Below, one piece after another: positions 1 to 14,095 of a stretch of 64,000 nt of DNA; the first letter of the stretch is position 1, and every line of letters begins with the position of its first letter. Origin of the DNA: Amoebidium appalachense (Eukaryota > Protista > Ichthyosporea); contig CAVNZM010000002.1 in assembly GCA_963693365.1 (NCBI GenBank), positions 17,809,760 to 17,873,759 on the forward strand, written 5' to 3'. Under the pieces are notes generated by a model that worked only from the letters and a program-made list of their open reading frames with translations, was not told the DNA's origin and did not search any database. The position numbers and the translations under genes were made by a program.

Positions 1-124
1 TATTCGTTATTTATTTTTTTTTCTTCAAGGAATTCAATCGATTTTCCGTTTTGGCCACTGATGCATATCCCCCCCCCCTGCCTCCCCCCGGCCCCCTCGT
101 ACACACTCACCACACACACACACA

Positions 125-170
<46 letters not shown>

Positions 171-584
171 CCGCACGCAAGCGCGCGCGCACGCATACAC
201 ACACATGCATTCAAAGTTTCGGCCACCCGTTGAAGTTGGTGCTGGTGCTCTTCTTCTGCCGGATGCATACTCATTGTGTGTTCTTTGCAAGGTCTGCTTT
301 GTGTTGTCCGCGGCAAACGTGTACTATTTGCGCCGTATTATTTTCGTTAAACGACCCCCCCCCCCTCCCCCCTCATCTCGCCTCACTCACCTCCTTCCAC
401 TCCTCCGGATCCCCTCCCTTACCCTAGACAACATTTTCTAACGGCTCATCACGCTCAAAACCCCCTCCCCCCCCCCTCCCCCGGCTCCTCCCGCCTCACT
501 CACCTCCCCTCCCCCCCCTCCTGCCCCCCCCCCCTCACCCTGCTCATTTACACAAGTAAATGCTTGTGCACATGCGCACGCACG

Positions 585-665
<81 letters not shown>

Positions 666-823
666 ATACACACACACGTACACACATGCAACGGTCAACT
701 ATTTCTAAGTTAGTAGTGTGGGCAAAGTTATCCTGCTAACCATGCAGTGTTCGTGTGCACATGTGTGTGGCGACGAAAGTATGTGTGTGTGGTGTGGGTT
801 AGTGTATTTGCATGTTCTTGTCG

Positions 824-2330
824 TAAGCTAAAGTTCCCCCACATAGTGGAATGGGCTCACGTACGAGACCAACTCTCTCTCCGGCAACCAGGCTCTGTAC
901 AGGTATCGTGGGTGAAGGGGCACCAATCCAACACCAAACGGTACGGTCAACAGAATAACGAGGCAGACAAGGCAGCCAATGCAGGAAGAGTCCTCCCCCC
1001 CTCCCCCCCCCCCCCTACCTCCGGCCCCAGGGGGGGGGAAATACTTCCTACGACTACAAGGCCACCGTATCCCCGGCAACATTCCCGGAACACTGAACCG
1101 GTTGAACAAGGACTTCCTCACCGACATGGCCGGCAAGACCAAGGCTATGTCCATACTAGCCGACCCCAGACTGCTCCCAGCCGAACGGAACCCCCTCAAG
1201 CTCAACAAGGGGCCCACACAGGCAACCATCGGGGCAGTCAGAGGAAACACTCGTAGCCTGTCCCTGGCCATGGGCACCCTGCCTACCATGGCACGGCTAC
1301 ATCGAGATCACCCCACCGTCGTTACACAGCCCACATGCCCCCGGTGCAGCCAGCACCCTGAGACCACCACCCACCTCTGGGCCTGCCCGGCCCATGCCGG
1401 GGAAGTCCCCACCCTGACCACCGCCATCACAGCCTGCATCCACAACGTCCTGCACACTCGTCATCCAAACACCCCCACGGCACAGCACCACCATACGGCA
1501 GCCACGGTGGTAGACCAATGTGCATGGATAAACTGGATAGGAGGCAACGGTGACCCACCTGACCCCGAAGACACCAAGTGGGTCGAACGGGGATTCTGCC
1601 CGCGATCGGTGGGCCCACTACTTGCAGCCACCGGCACCACCAAGACCACCACCCGGGCCATCTTAGGAAAAATCACAGTAGAGTTGCAATCCTTTTTCTT
1701 TTCAAAAATTTGGCACCCACGGAACACAACACTCCCCCCCACCCACCCCAAATTGCAAAAACACCACCATATACCCACCACCCGTAGAAAGAACAGTATG
1801 GCTCTCCAAAAACCCAAAACACCAACAAATACACCCCCCACACACACCCGGCCGGCCTGTTCTGACTGCCGGAACACACACAGACCCGGTGTGCCCTGTA
1901 AAACCCACCTTTTAGTCCACAAAAACATCGCCACAACATACGTACAACAACACATAATGTTAGGCAGCAACCCCCCACCACCACCACCACCACACCCCAT
2001 CATCCACCCATACCCACCGTAAATATTATACACAACACCTAGGACCTCCCAATACTGTAGATCGACCAATGAGAGCCCTCGGTTAACGTTTATTGCTAGG
2101 TTTTGAATGGAGGGGAGGACTGGAGCCTCCTGCCGGCGTGGCTGGGGTAGTAGCCCTGGGCAAAGTGTGTACTTATAGTTAGGTTGTGAAGGATGGTTTA
2201 GCTTAGCTGAACTCATAGATAGCACCTTAACTAGTGTACTGTCGGTGCTGTGTGGTAGACGGTAGTTTCCCTAGAGGGCCTGAAAAGGCCCTCCGGGAAC
2301 AAAACGTGATAAAATAAAAAAAATAAAAAA
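824..2330 (+). mobile_element. 5'-truncated non-LTR retrotransposon (LINE) encoding the RNase H C-terminus and zinc-finger region of ORF2
   Basis: Perfect 19-bp direct repeat TATTTGCATGTTCTTGTCG at 805-823 and 2331-2349 (TSD). A-rich tail at 2311-2330. Translation gives the RNase HI motif VSWVKGH...NNEADKAA, then CPRC...ETTTHLWAC (zf-RVT-like). Confidence 0.9.
829..2022 (+). pseudogene. LINE ORF2 C-terminal fragment (RNase H end, CxxC/HxxxC zinc finger, terminal CxxCxxxHx5C motif); frameshift in the C-run at ~995-1016
   Basis: ORF 747..1256 carries WVKGH/NEAD. ORF 979..2022 continues in another frame with CPRCSQHPETTTHLWACP and CSDCRNTHRPGVPC. Confidence 0.8.
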
Positions 2331-5012
2331 TATTTGCATGTTCTTGTCGGGTGCTTATCGCTGGTCAAAGTTTGTGCACCTCGTGTGCATGTGTGGTACA
2401 TGCGTGCAGGTACGTGTTAATTGAATACGTGTGAAAGTGTGTGCTGTGTGTGTGCGCGCGGTGAGGTGACTAGAGACGTGTGTGAGAGGGGGGACGGGAA
2501 GGGGGGAGGGGAGGGGGGGGGAGACGGGGGGCCCCGGGCGAGGGGGAGGGGGGGGGGGGGTGATCTAGCCAATTACGACATACAGCCTGAGTTTCAGGTG
2601 ATCAAGAGTGACTTCTATTAAGTTAGCCTCCATGTTTACGTTTTGGGAATGTATGTAAACCGCTGCTAAATATAAATCATAGTACTATATACGATCAGGT
2701 TACGTGATAGTCATAGTGGCAGCCTTTGGGGTGGGTGGGTGGTGGGTCCCCCCCCTCCTCCCCCTGCTAGCCGGAGGGGTGGTGGGTCCCCCCCCCCCTC
2801 CGGGCCACCTGTGCAAGGGGGTGGGTGGGTCCCGCCCCCCCCAAGCTAGCTACTACCCCCCTCCCCGTTTCAAAATCAAGAATCCCTTAGTAGTAGTACA
2901 TAGCAGACACAGGTACAGACATGCACACTTGTACCACAGTCACAGTCATACTCACACCCGTGTGACATGCACACACACAGTCCCACACAGTCACGTGCCG
3001 AGACTACGGCGTGGCACAGACAGTGTCACGGCAGGCAGATGCATGCAATTACTGTCACGCACCGAAGTTCCCCAAGTCCGACCTGCGGTACTAGTCCACA
3101 CCCACAAAAACGCACGCACTGCGGCAGGCGCACGCGCACAAGAAATCACACCGGGCTCCACACTTACAAAACACGAGACAACACGCACACACACACACAC
3201 AGACACACACAGACACACACACACACACACACGCACACACACACACACACACGCGCACGCACGCACACACGCACACAAACACACACACACACGCACACAC
3301 ACACACACACGCACACGCACACACACACACACCACACAGTTTCACACACACACACTCACACACAAATACCGTATACGTATGCAGGGCCTCTGTCACCGGT
3401 TCAAGCAATCAGTCACTGTGACCCTTCCCATTCACCCCTGGGGAAGGAGTCTTTACCAGTCTCTGGAATAGACGGGTGTGAGAAGTTCCAACAAAGGAGT
3501 GTTATATCAGGGTTGTTTTGTTATGGCAGCATGGTTTATGTGTTTCCCTCCCTCTCGAGCTCTCTGTATGCGCCTCTCTCTGTGTGTGTGTGTGTGTGTG
3601 CGTGTGCATGTGTGTGCGCGTGCGTGTGTGTTTGTGCGCGCGTGTACAGTTGTGTGTGTGTGTGTGTGTACGCGCGTGCGTGCGTGCGTGCAGGCATATG
3701 AACACGGTCGAGCATGTGCACACGTGGTTGTGGTTGTGTGTGTGAAAGCTCAAGCAATTCGTGTGTGGTTTTAATGTTGGGCATGGTCATATGCCGTCAC
3801 ACCATGAGGTTTCTTAGTAGTATTAGACGGCCACCGGCATGCTGAACGGTGATGACTTACTAAGCCGCCAGTAACAAAATTGCCGCAAGTGCTCAGTGCC
3901 CACCCTTAATTGCCCACCTGTAGAACTCTAAAGGCTCACCAACCCTTCCCTTTGCTTGCACATGCACGTGCAAACACGTAAGTAATGCACACACGTGCAC
4001 AAACACACAATTGCAAATTTCACGTGCACATTCCGTGACGCACACCAAAAACGAAGCAGACCGTGTGAAATGCGCCAAAAAGAGCACACGTGCCGCGGCA
4101 ACGCGTACTTAGGAGACACCAACAAAATCTGGCATACGAGCAGAGGCTCCCAGTCTGACCATTCGGACTTCCCAACAACGAGCGCACATGCATATGCAGC
4201 ATGCGTAGGTCGCACAGTACGTGTAAATTCGAAGTCCACATATGCATCCATGCGTGTAGCCAGGGATTCCTGTACATTTACAAATCCGAGCGTATTGTCG
4301 AGCCTAAGAGGCGGTTTCCGGTGTTTGTCAGAAACGATCGGATGCTGAGGCTTTGATGCCACCGGTACCAGTCATCAACAGCAAAGGGTGGAACATGTGT
4401 ATTGCGCAGTCTGCTCGACAGAATTATTCCCGCCTTTTAACTGCATTTTGTATGCATTGTGATAATGAAACACCTACACTATTGAGAATTCAAACAACAT
4501 TAATGTACACTTACACAAAAAGGCAAGGCGGGGTGCACGTGAGAAGGGGCATGATGTCAGCACCTCACTTATATATCACATGTACATGCGGAGACCCACG
4601 ATAGGCTATTCCGTTACCTGGAAGGCGAATAGTGATTGGTGGATCTATTGAGATCTCACATGCATGATACCACAGAAGGTAAGACCTCGCCCCGCGGATC
4701 ATAGTATGTAGCTTTGCAAACGCTATAATAGACAGAAATAATAATACAATTTTCAGCCATTTTATAGTAGCTGCATATTCTATATACATACTTGTGATGG
4801 ATGTTTAGCTCATCAACCGACTTTGGAAGACACCGTATCACACAAGTACAACACTAATATTTAGCGTGTGTGAAGGCATTTTACGATTGGTGACAAGTCA
4901 CTCATGGGAATCTACGATAACGCAACTACTGTTCAACTACAGTACTACGCAGGGGCCTGATCACTCACCACCTTCTCCCTCTTTCATCACTTCTCAGTTT
5001 GCTGCCGGCACC

Positions 5013-5519
5013 ATGAGGCTCTCTATTGTTGCGTTTGCTGCGGCCCAGGCCGCGCTGGCTGCCGCCAGCCCAAACTTCATTGACGAGGCAGTTGCACCTG
5101 TGCCCACGGACACATACACCACGCCCAAAGTAACTCCCCCAACCACTGGGACGCCAACCACACCCACACCCACCCACACAAACACACACACCACCACCGA
5201 ATCCCTTGCTGCTGTGACTCCCACCAGCACCACCACCATCATAGGGCCCACAGCCACAGCCACAAACACAGCCACGGGCACGACGGCACCGATTGTCAAC
5301 GACAGTACAGGCAGCAACAGTGCGGTCATAGGCGGGTCGGTGGCTGCAGGGGTGGTGCTTGTGGGGGCACTGGCCGGCCTGGCCTACCACCAGGGCCTGA
5401 TGGGGCCCAAAGCAGCAGCAAGTGTGGACGATGCATTTGCTGTGGGCGTGGCACACAACAATCCGGCGTTCCAGGCCGCAGGCAGCGAATACTTTAACCC
5501 ACTGCATGCCGCACCATAA
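5013..5519 (+). CDS. 168-aa type I membrane protein: signal peptide, Thr/Pro-rich mucin-like stalk, one TM helix, cytoplasmic tail with two NPxF/NPxH motifs
   Basis: ATG 5013 (CACCATG context) begins MRLSIVAFAAAQAALAA. Thr-rich stretch follows, then hydrophobic AVIGGSVAAGVVLVGALAGLAY, then tail ...HNNPAFQAAGSEYFNPLHAAP* (TAA 5517-5519). Confidence 0.85.
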   Translation: MRLSIVAFAAAQAALAAASPNFIDEAVAPVPTDTYTTPKVTPPTTGTPTTPTPTHTNTHTTTESLAAVTPTSTTTIIGPTATATNTATGTTAPIVNDSTGSNSAVIGGSVAAGVVLVGALAGLAYHQGLMGPKAAASVDDAFAVGVAHNNPAFQAAGSEYFNPLHAAP

Positions 5520-7475
5520 TTAATTGCAGGCTACATACCTCGAAGGCTTCTCCTTATAAGGCATGGTAAAATTGAGAGGTGTTCCGACAGCTGCTCTTGA
5601 GTTATGGGTGCGGTTTCGGATTCTGGAACTGCAGCACACATTTTTAAAATAGCGGAACAGTTTGCAGTGTGTGGTTGGGGTCTAAAAGAGAAGCGAGTAT
5701 TCCTGTATATGCAAAGTGTTTTGCGATGTATGATAACATGTAGCCGGCCAGTAGGCCGTAGATGCAGCGAACATTTCAAAGTGTACATATATAACACCGT
5801 ATGAATTTGTTCTGATTGAATATGGATACTTTTTTTTTTTTTTTTTTTTTTTTTTTGCCCCAATGGCCATAGGCCATATGAATCAGTTCGCTGCACGGGA
5901 TTTATCCAAATTGAGTGTGCATTCACCAGGCATACATGCACCTTTGAGCTCAAAGAATGCCATCATGCACGTTGCTACTGCAGTGTTTGTGTGTGCAGAC
6001 GTCTTGAAATACCGACATAGTACGTACATAAAAAGCCCTCACCGCTGGTGTCCGGATCTCTGAGATTCATCCTCTTTCCGTGCACTCCAAAGGAGAACCC
6101 TTGTTCCCGAGTACGCATACTGAAATTTTTTCACTTATATATGCTCTCCCGGAGCCAGCCCCCCCCCCCCCCCCCCATTTCCCGATCGCGAGTCCGCGTT
6201 TCCCCTCCCTCGGCATTTGTCATGATGGTGACCGGGAGAGGAACAAGTGTCGGGATGCTACAAGCAAGCTAGCTGTGGCACACGGGGTCACGTCCCGGTG
6301 TTACACGCATACACACGCTCGTGCACACACAAAGCACACACCGTACAGGCACAGAGGCACACACACACACGCAAAATTTCACAAACAGTGTCACAAACAT
6401 GCACTCAAGCGCGCACGGGTGCGCATACACACACAACACGCAAACACACACGGCTACTAGAAGACGACGTATAACTTGTGGTCCCCCCCCCCCCCCCCCC
6501 CCCCCTCCCCCCCCACTTTCCTCCCGGCCCCCTCTCCCACAACCCCCAAACACACCCGCCCACCCACCCATCTCCCCCCCCCCCCCCCCCCCCTCCCCCC
6601 TTCCCCCCTCCCCCTCCACCCCCCCCTCCACCCCCCCCCCCTCCCCCCCCCCCCCCCCCCCCCGCAGCTTCCCCCTCCTCCCCCCCCCCCCCGGGAAAAA
6701 AATGATATCATGGTACACACACACACACGCACACACACACGCACAGTACACACACGCACACACACACACGTGACACGCACACGCACTCGCACACGCAGAC
6801 GCACACGCACACGTACATACGCACACGCACACCCACACCCATACACACGCACACACACGCACACGCGCGCACGCGCACACGCGCGCACGCGCACACGCGC
6901 ACACGCGCACACGCGCACACGCGCACACGCGGACACACACACACACACACACGCCTCGCATCGAAACTCCCAGAGTCTGAATCCAGCCCCGGCTCCCCCC
7001 CCCCCCCCCTCCAAGTGGCACCCCTTAAGCCCCCCCCCCCCCCCCCCCCCCCCCACCACCACCACCACCGCCACCACCCAAAAAAAAAAACCTATACCGG
7101 TGCGGCGGGCCGGGGGGGGGCCGGCGGCTAAGTGCGTACGTGATCACGATCCAATCTGTGCGCCGAGTGATCACTGATAAGAAAAGTTTGCCTAGATCCG
7201 TGAGTCAGATGACCAATGGGAGACATTTTGTAAACTTGGGTGATTGCCGATTATGTGTATTTTCCGTGCAAAATGCTGGGCAAGGGTTGGGATGGACCCC
7301 CCCAACATGTGGGCTCAAAATTCATTTTTTTTATATCCTCTAGTGCTCTATACAAACCGTTTCCTTATTCGCCCTCTCTTGTTAATCCTCACACCCAAAC
7401 CCAGAAAGCTCGAGATGTCGTATGATTGCTGACTGTTTCCCGTGCACACCCTTTCATGCCCATGCATGCCCCCCC

Positions 7476-7507
<32 letters not shown>

Positions 7508-7749
7508 TTCCCGGGCCCGGGTCCCCCTTCCCCATCTGGTCCTACTTGTATCTCGTAGGCTTCAACTGCAATGTACCCGGTATAGTTTGCACAGTCATGC
7601 AGAGGGACAGACTGGTTTATTTCACGTACGTGGTTCAAACACCCACATCATACTGCACTCGGTCGCGGGCACACACAAACAGTGTGACAGATGATGTGTG
7701 TGCACCGTGCACGCCACGGTTATCCTAACCTGACCGAATTACATGTATT

Positions 7750-8102
7750 CATCGGCTGAGTCAACTTGCTTCGAGCTGCTAAAAAGCATACTTATTCTGC
7801 TAAAAGCAGATGTATTCAGCAAAAGGAGAATTGTTCTGCAAAGGTAGAATCGTCCTGCTAAAAGCAGAATTATCCTGCTAAAAGTAGATTTATTGAACTT
7901 CATGGTATTCTGACTAGAGCAAGTTTATTCTGCTGTCGAAAGTCGAATTATTCTGCTTTTTGCCGAATAATATCTTCTTTTTGCAATTGCAGAAGTGTTC
8001 TGCTTTTGCAGAATAAATCGGCTTTTGGCAAAATAATCCCGTTTTTTTGCAGAATAAAAATTCTGCTTCTGCAAGTTGACTCTGCCGATGTGGTTGGGTC
8101 CT
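7750..8102. mobile_element. Foldback-type MITE, degenerate copy
   Basis: Terminal inverted repeats CATCGGCTGAGTCAACTTGC / GCAAGTTGACTCTGCCGATG enclose ~20-bp CTGCTAAAAGCAGAATTATT subrepeats. Same family as 29753-30142. Confidence 0.75.
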
Positions 8103-8313
8103 GGCTTGCCAAGGCCGTCTTGGTGTAATTCATCGGCCACGGTGTTAAATCTCAAGGCTAGCTTATATAAAAATAGTCATGGAATATCTGACTCAAAGTG
8201 TGCAACATAATCTCCTTTTCGTTCACGCGCAGCCTAGTAATATGTAGCCGGTGTTTACACCATGGAAAAATGCAGCCCCCCCCCCCCCCCCCCCCCCCCC
8301 CCCAACCAACCAA

Positions 8314-8384
<71 letters not shown>

Positions 8385-8414
8385 AATACACACACACGTG
8401 CACACACACACACA

Positions 8415-8504
<90 letters not shown>

Positions 8505-9038
8505 ACACCATTTCTTTTAGTATAGTAGAACAGGGCCGAGGTCTTTATTTCGGTAAGGGAATTGTGAGGGTGGAGGGCCATGGAGTGTCTGTCATCAACA
8601 AGAAACCAACATTACATGTGTGCAGGCGCACTTTGATTATGCCTGGAGCGATATCTTGTGCGGCATCTATTAATACCACCTGCCTGCATAGCTATTTGCT
8701 GATCTCAACCCCTGTGACAGCACACCGTTCCGTCACACGAGCATGCTTTCAACACTATTGTAGACGTATTAACAGCCATTCGATATATTATAAACAGCAC
8801 ATCATCTCTAATTCGCAAGTCCCCTTAGCATACTGCCTTCAATCCGTGCCTAAATGCCACCCCAACCCCCCCAATATTCGCCCAAACAGCTGGATGAGAG
8901 CTTCGGGAGGCACCGACCCTTTCCTACATCCACGATCTAGCCGTGCACAATGTGTTACACATGAGTGCGGGGTGGTTGATCACCCTGCTCCACGGCGCCA
9001 TAATTGGTTATTATCTGCCCACCCTGATTGGCTGCTAG

Positions 9039-9407
9039 TCAGTCGGTCTTGACATGGTGGGCATGCTTGACGGCCACGTGGTCCGTGTAGACGTTGAAGC
9101 CAAGGCCCACCAGCCCTGTGTGTGCATGTGAACATCTATTAGTAATAGCTTACCATCGTGTATGTGAACATCAGTCAAAGTACACACACTATTAATGGCT
9201 GCGCTGCGGCTATACTTGGTTTCGTCTACCTGCAGGAAGAACTCGAGTGGTGTGACTGTGTGGCTTTAAGACCCAAGTGAGACTTTTAGGGAGGAGGAGG
9301 GGGAGGGGGGGGGGGGGGGGGGGGGGGTTCCCCGTATCTTTGTGCCTGTGGGTGTCCGTGGGGGTGTCTGATGTGCATGCGCACGTGCACGGGTACGTGT
9401 TGCGTGT

Positions 9408-9446
<39 letters not shown>

Positions 9447-9647
9447 GGTGGTGGTGGTGGTGATAGAGGTGGGGGGGGGAGGGGGGGGGGAGGGGGAGAA
9501 GGGGAGATTGCATGTGAAGAAGGAAAGGGGGAATCAGCCCAAAGGGGAAGGCCAGCAATGGAGACGGAGAGAGAGACGGGGTTACAATGGGGGCCGTGGC
9601 CCCAACCCTCCCGAGTCATATAGGGGGAGGAGGGGCAGGGGGGGAAG

Positions 9648-9706
<59 letters not shown>

Positions 9707-10272
9707 GGGTGGGGGGGGGAGGGGAGGGGGGGTTGGGGGGGGGGTTGGTGGGCTTACCAGCCACGGGCAGTAGCAGCCACTCCAACAATGTGTTGTTGCG
9801 TGGACAGATGCCATTGGACAGCACCCTAGCTAGCTCCATAAGTAGGTCACTGGTGATGGCATAGTGGCCCAGTGACAGGCCTGACACGAGGATGTCGGCA
9901 CACTGTGTGGCTGAAAGGAGAGACGCCTGGGGGGGAGGGGGGGGGGGGAGGGGGGGGGGAGGGGGGATGGGTGAGGGGAGGGAGAGGGAGGGAGGAAGGG
10001 GGGGAGGAAGGGAGGGGGTGGGAGGGAAGGGGACGAGGGGGGGAAACGGGGGTTAGAAGATCAAGGAGCGGACATGGGATGATGAGAGGTGGAGGGACAA
10101 AGAGAGCGAAAACGCATAGCCAAGGGGGCGTAAAATTGGAGGAGGAAGGGGGGAGAGGGGGAGGGGGGGGGGAGATGATGGAGAATGATTGTGCGATGTT
10201 GGTTGGGGGAAGGTAGCTACGGGCAAGTGCATGTGGGTAAGTGCGCAGGTGTGTGTGTGTGTGTATGTGTGT

Positions 10273-10329
<57 letters not shown>

Positions 10330-10464
10330 TGTTTATGTGTGTACGTGTGTGTGTGTGTGTGTATGTGTATGTGTGTGTATGTGTGTATGTGTGTATGTGT
10401 GTGGGTGGGTGTGTGTGTGTATGTGTGTACGTGTGTGTGTGTGTATGTGTATGTGTGTGTGTGT

Positions 10465-10535
<71 letters not shown>

Positions 10536-10614
10536 TGTATGTGTGTGTGTGTGTGTATGTGTGTGTGTGTGTATGTGTGTGCGTGCGCGCCTCTGAATGG
10601 GGGGTGGTGTGTAC

Positions 10615-10646
<32 letters not shown>

Positions 10647-11368
10647 GTATGTGTGTGTGTGTCTGCGTGCGCGCCTCTGAATGGGGGGTGGTGTGGATTC
10701 TGAACTAGGGCGAGGTGAAGGTTGGATTACGGCATTGGGAGCTCTGATAAAAGTCCTATGCTTCATTTCCTTCTTCTTTGTGTTTTATTATAAATATTGC
10801 CTTTTTGCTATTCTGTTTTATTTCATCTCAACTCCTTGCTCTGTTATTTTTTGTTGGCCTTTTATCTTTTTGCCCTTGTATTTTCTTGCATTCTTCCTTT
10901 CTCTTCTTTTCTTAATGTTATTTATTTATTCACATACAACAAAAAAAACCTCCCACACACAGAATAAGGTCTAACCCCCCCCCCCCCCTCCCCCCGCGGA
11001 AAAAATCCCCCTTTTGATACATATACAGGATGAAAAAAGCTGCCGTCCCACCACCTTCCTTCCGCCAAACACCAACTCCCTAACTCCCCCATCCACCATG
11101 CGCCCTTATAGCCCTCTCTTGCCCCCCCCCCCCCCCCCCCAGCTCCCCCCCCCCTCCCCCTCCTTCCCCCCCACCCCAATCCCATGCACGGACACTCACC
11201 GCCCCCTCAATCTCCCGTGTGGCCTTTGGCTTTGTCTTCTCCTCCTCTGCAAACCCCTCAGTGTCGATGGACGATGGGAAGAAAATGTGTACATCCACAC
11301 CGTGGGCTTTCATTTCCTGCCGTAGCACATCACACAGGCCACGTACGGCATACTTGGTGGCGCAGTAC

Positions 11369-11421
<53 letters not shown>

Positions 11422-11461
11422 GTGTGTTTGTGTGTGTTTGTGTGTGTGTGTGTGCGCGCGC

Positions 11462-11526
<65 letters not shown>

Positions 11527-11766
11527 CGTGTGTGGAAGGGCGGAGATGGGTAGGGATGCAACACACTGTAAGTGTGGGAGACATAAAACAGAACGACATC
11601 AGCACCAAGAAAGGGGGGAGACCTACTAATGGATGGGGGTTAGTGGCGTATTGCCTATAGGAATGTAGAAAAGAAATTGCCAACAACCAAGTATGAAAAG
11701 AAGGGAACTGGGCAAAGTGTGTCTGCCTCGGTTCCGCCCCCCCCCCTCCCCCTCCCCCCCATTCCC

Positions 11767-11797
<31 letters not shown>

Positions 11798-12663
11798 AAG
11801 AAAAAAAAAAGAAAAAAAAAAAGAAACCAGCCACACACCTGTGAGTACCCCGTTACGGCTGTGAGTGCTGCTGCGGAGGACACAAAGACCAGGCGGCCCT
11901 TGGAGGCAAGCAGGTGGGGCAGGGCGGCCTTTGTGGTGTACAGCGTGCCAAAGTAGTTGATGTCCATTTGCTGGGGGGTGAATAGGCTGAGCAGACATAG
12001 CAGATTGAGTGGTAAACAGCGTGCCAAAGTAGTTGATGTCAATTTGCTGGGGGGTCGTTATATACATAGATAGATATTAGGGGTGTACAGCGTGCCAAAG
12101 TAGTTGATGTCCATTTGGGGGGGGGAGGGGGGGGGGGTTTGAATGCGGAACACGGTACGAAGTACGCATACACGACGAGAAGCATGGTGCAGGACACATG
12201 CAAAGGCAAACATTCAAGTATGCAACATCAGTCATGTGCACAGTATGCGTCATAAGCAGAGCCCATCCTCAGGGAGGACCCAAGTCATCAATTGCGTCTG
12301 AGTTTCGACCCCTTAGCCCGCGTATATACGACACTCCAACTCAGACAGCAGCATCCACTGAACTTGGGCGGGTCAACCCGTCTTGATCAAAGACGAGCAG
12401 GGTTGCTTATGCAAGCAAGGTGAGCAAAACGGTGAAGATGTGTGTGCAAACTAATGGGAGGGGGGGGGGGGGGGGGTGGAGCAGACGCAGGCACGAGAGA
12501 TGATAGTCCTTGCTAGCACCCCCACCATCCGCCTGTTTCTGCCCTCAAGACACCAAGTGCACTGCTATTCCAACTAACCCCCCCCCCCAATACCCACACA
12601 CTCGCCACACATAAACACGTGTGCAGGAGCACACACACAACACACACACACACACACACACAC

Positions 12664-12734
<71 letters not shown>

Positions 12735-13252
12735 ACGCACACGCACACGTGGGCACACATACACAACAATCGACATGCATAAAAAAGCGCGCACACACAG
12801 CACTCAACACACTCAAGCGGCTGAGATTCTGCCAATCGTGTCTCTTTATCCCCCCAACCCGCACACCCCATCCGTCGATGTTTCATACAAAGGGATGATG
12901 TCTTCCCAAAGCCATGGTTCTGCCAACCCATCAGACATCAACTATGATCACCCCCCATTAGCACTCCTTCAATAAAAAACTGTTCTTATTTGAGTGCAGT
13001 GGTGCTGCATGGCGTTCCCCTGCCACTTTGGTCCCCCCACCCATCCCAGTTCCTCCACCACAGAGTATTCAAAAAGAGCCCCTGCCCACGCCAAGTTTTA
13101 GCCACGCACCTTTACCATTCCCTCCGACTTCGGGGGGAGGGGGGAGACGGGGGAGCCCCCCCCCCCCCCCTCCCCCCCCCTCCCATACACACCAAAAAAA
13201 AAAAAAAAAAAAAAAAAGGGTTTCCACGTGCCACAACCACACATAGCCCTCC

Positions 13253-13287
<35 letters not shown>

Positions 13288-14026
13288 AGGCCCACACCTA
13301 CCTGCCTATATATGTCCACGGGCTGGTCGACCATGTACCCCGGCTGTGACAGGCCTGCGTTGCACACCACCACGTCCAGTGACCCCACGGCCCTCACGGC
13401 CTCCTGCACGGTGGCCTGCACCGCACTGGTGTCGGCCACGTCACAGCTGAGCGCTAGAATCTTCTGGTTGCTGCCGGCTGGAACAACACCTTCCAGTGCC
13501 TTCTTGGCCGCCTGCAGCTTGGCCTCACTGCGTGCTACTATTGTCACGTGCGCACCCTGAAATTGTAGGTGGGGGTTCAGGGAGGAGAAGGGGCGGGGGG
13601 GGGGGGGGGGGGGGGGGGTATGAATGCTAAGGCCGACAGGCCTGTGGGTAGGTTTGCATGGAAGAGTAGACTAAATAAGAAGATCCTAAGTAAAAGGTGT
13701 GAGTGATCGAAAAGCACGTGTAAGTGCCCAGCACAGGTGTGCGCGTGTAAGTGCACGTGCATGTGTGTGGGTGTTCGCGCAAGTGTGTGCACGCTTGCAG
13801 ATGAGGGTGTGCGCGCGTGAATGTCGGTGTGTGGGTGCACCACGCAAGTGCGAGCATGTTTGTGTGTGTTGGTGTATGCAAGCAAATGTGCAAGTGTGCG
13901 CGTGCCCGAGTGCATGGGCACGGGCTTGCGTGCACGTGTGCATGTGTTGGTGTGTGAATGTGTTTGTGCGTGCGTGCGCGCGTGCGTGCGTGCGTGCGCG
14001 CGCGCGTGTGATGTACACACACACAC

Positions 14027-14095
<69 letters not shown>

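Noticed and set aside
2682-2899. Possible small element bounded by GTACTA...TAGTAC with internal GGTGGGTCCC repeats
   Set aside because: The inverted repeat is only 6 bp, there is a single copy in the window, and no TSD is visible.
12138-12420. Reading the structured repeat as an HDV-like ribozyme (GGCUAAGGGG resembles J4/2-P2)
   Set aside because: No P3/L3 (UCCUCG-like) element is present, and the would-be catalytic C is not conserved in the other copies (GTGAAT, GGGAAT). The hammerhead core fits all three copies.
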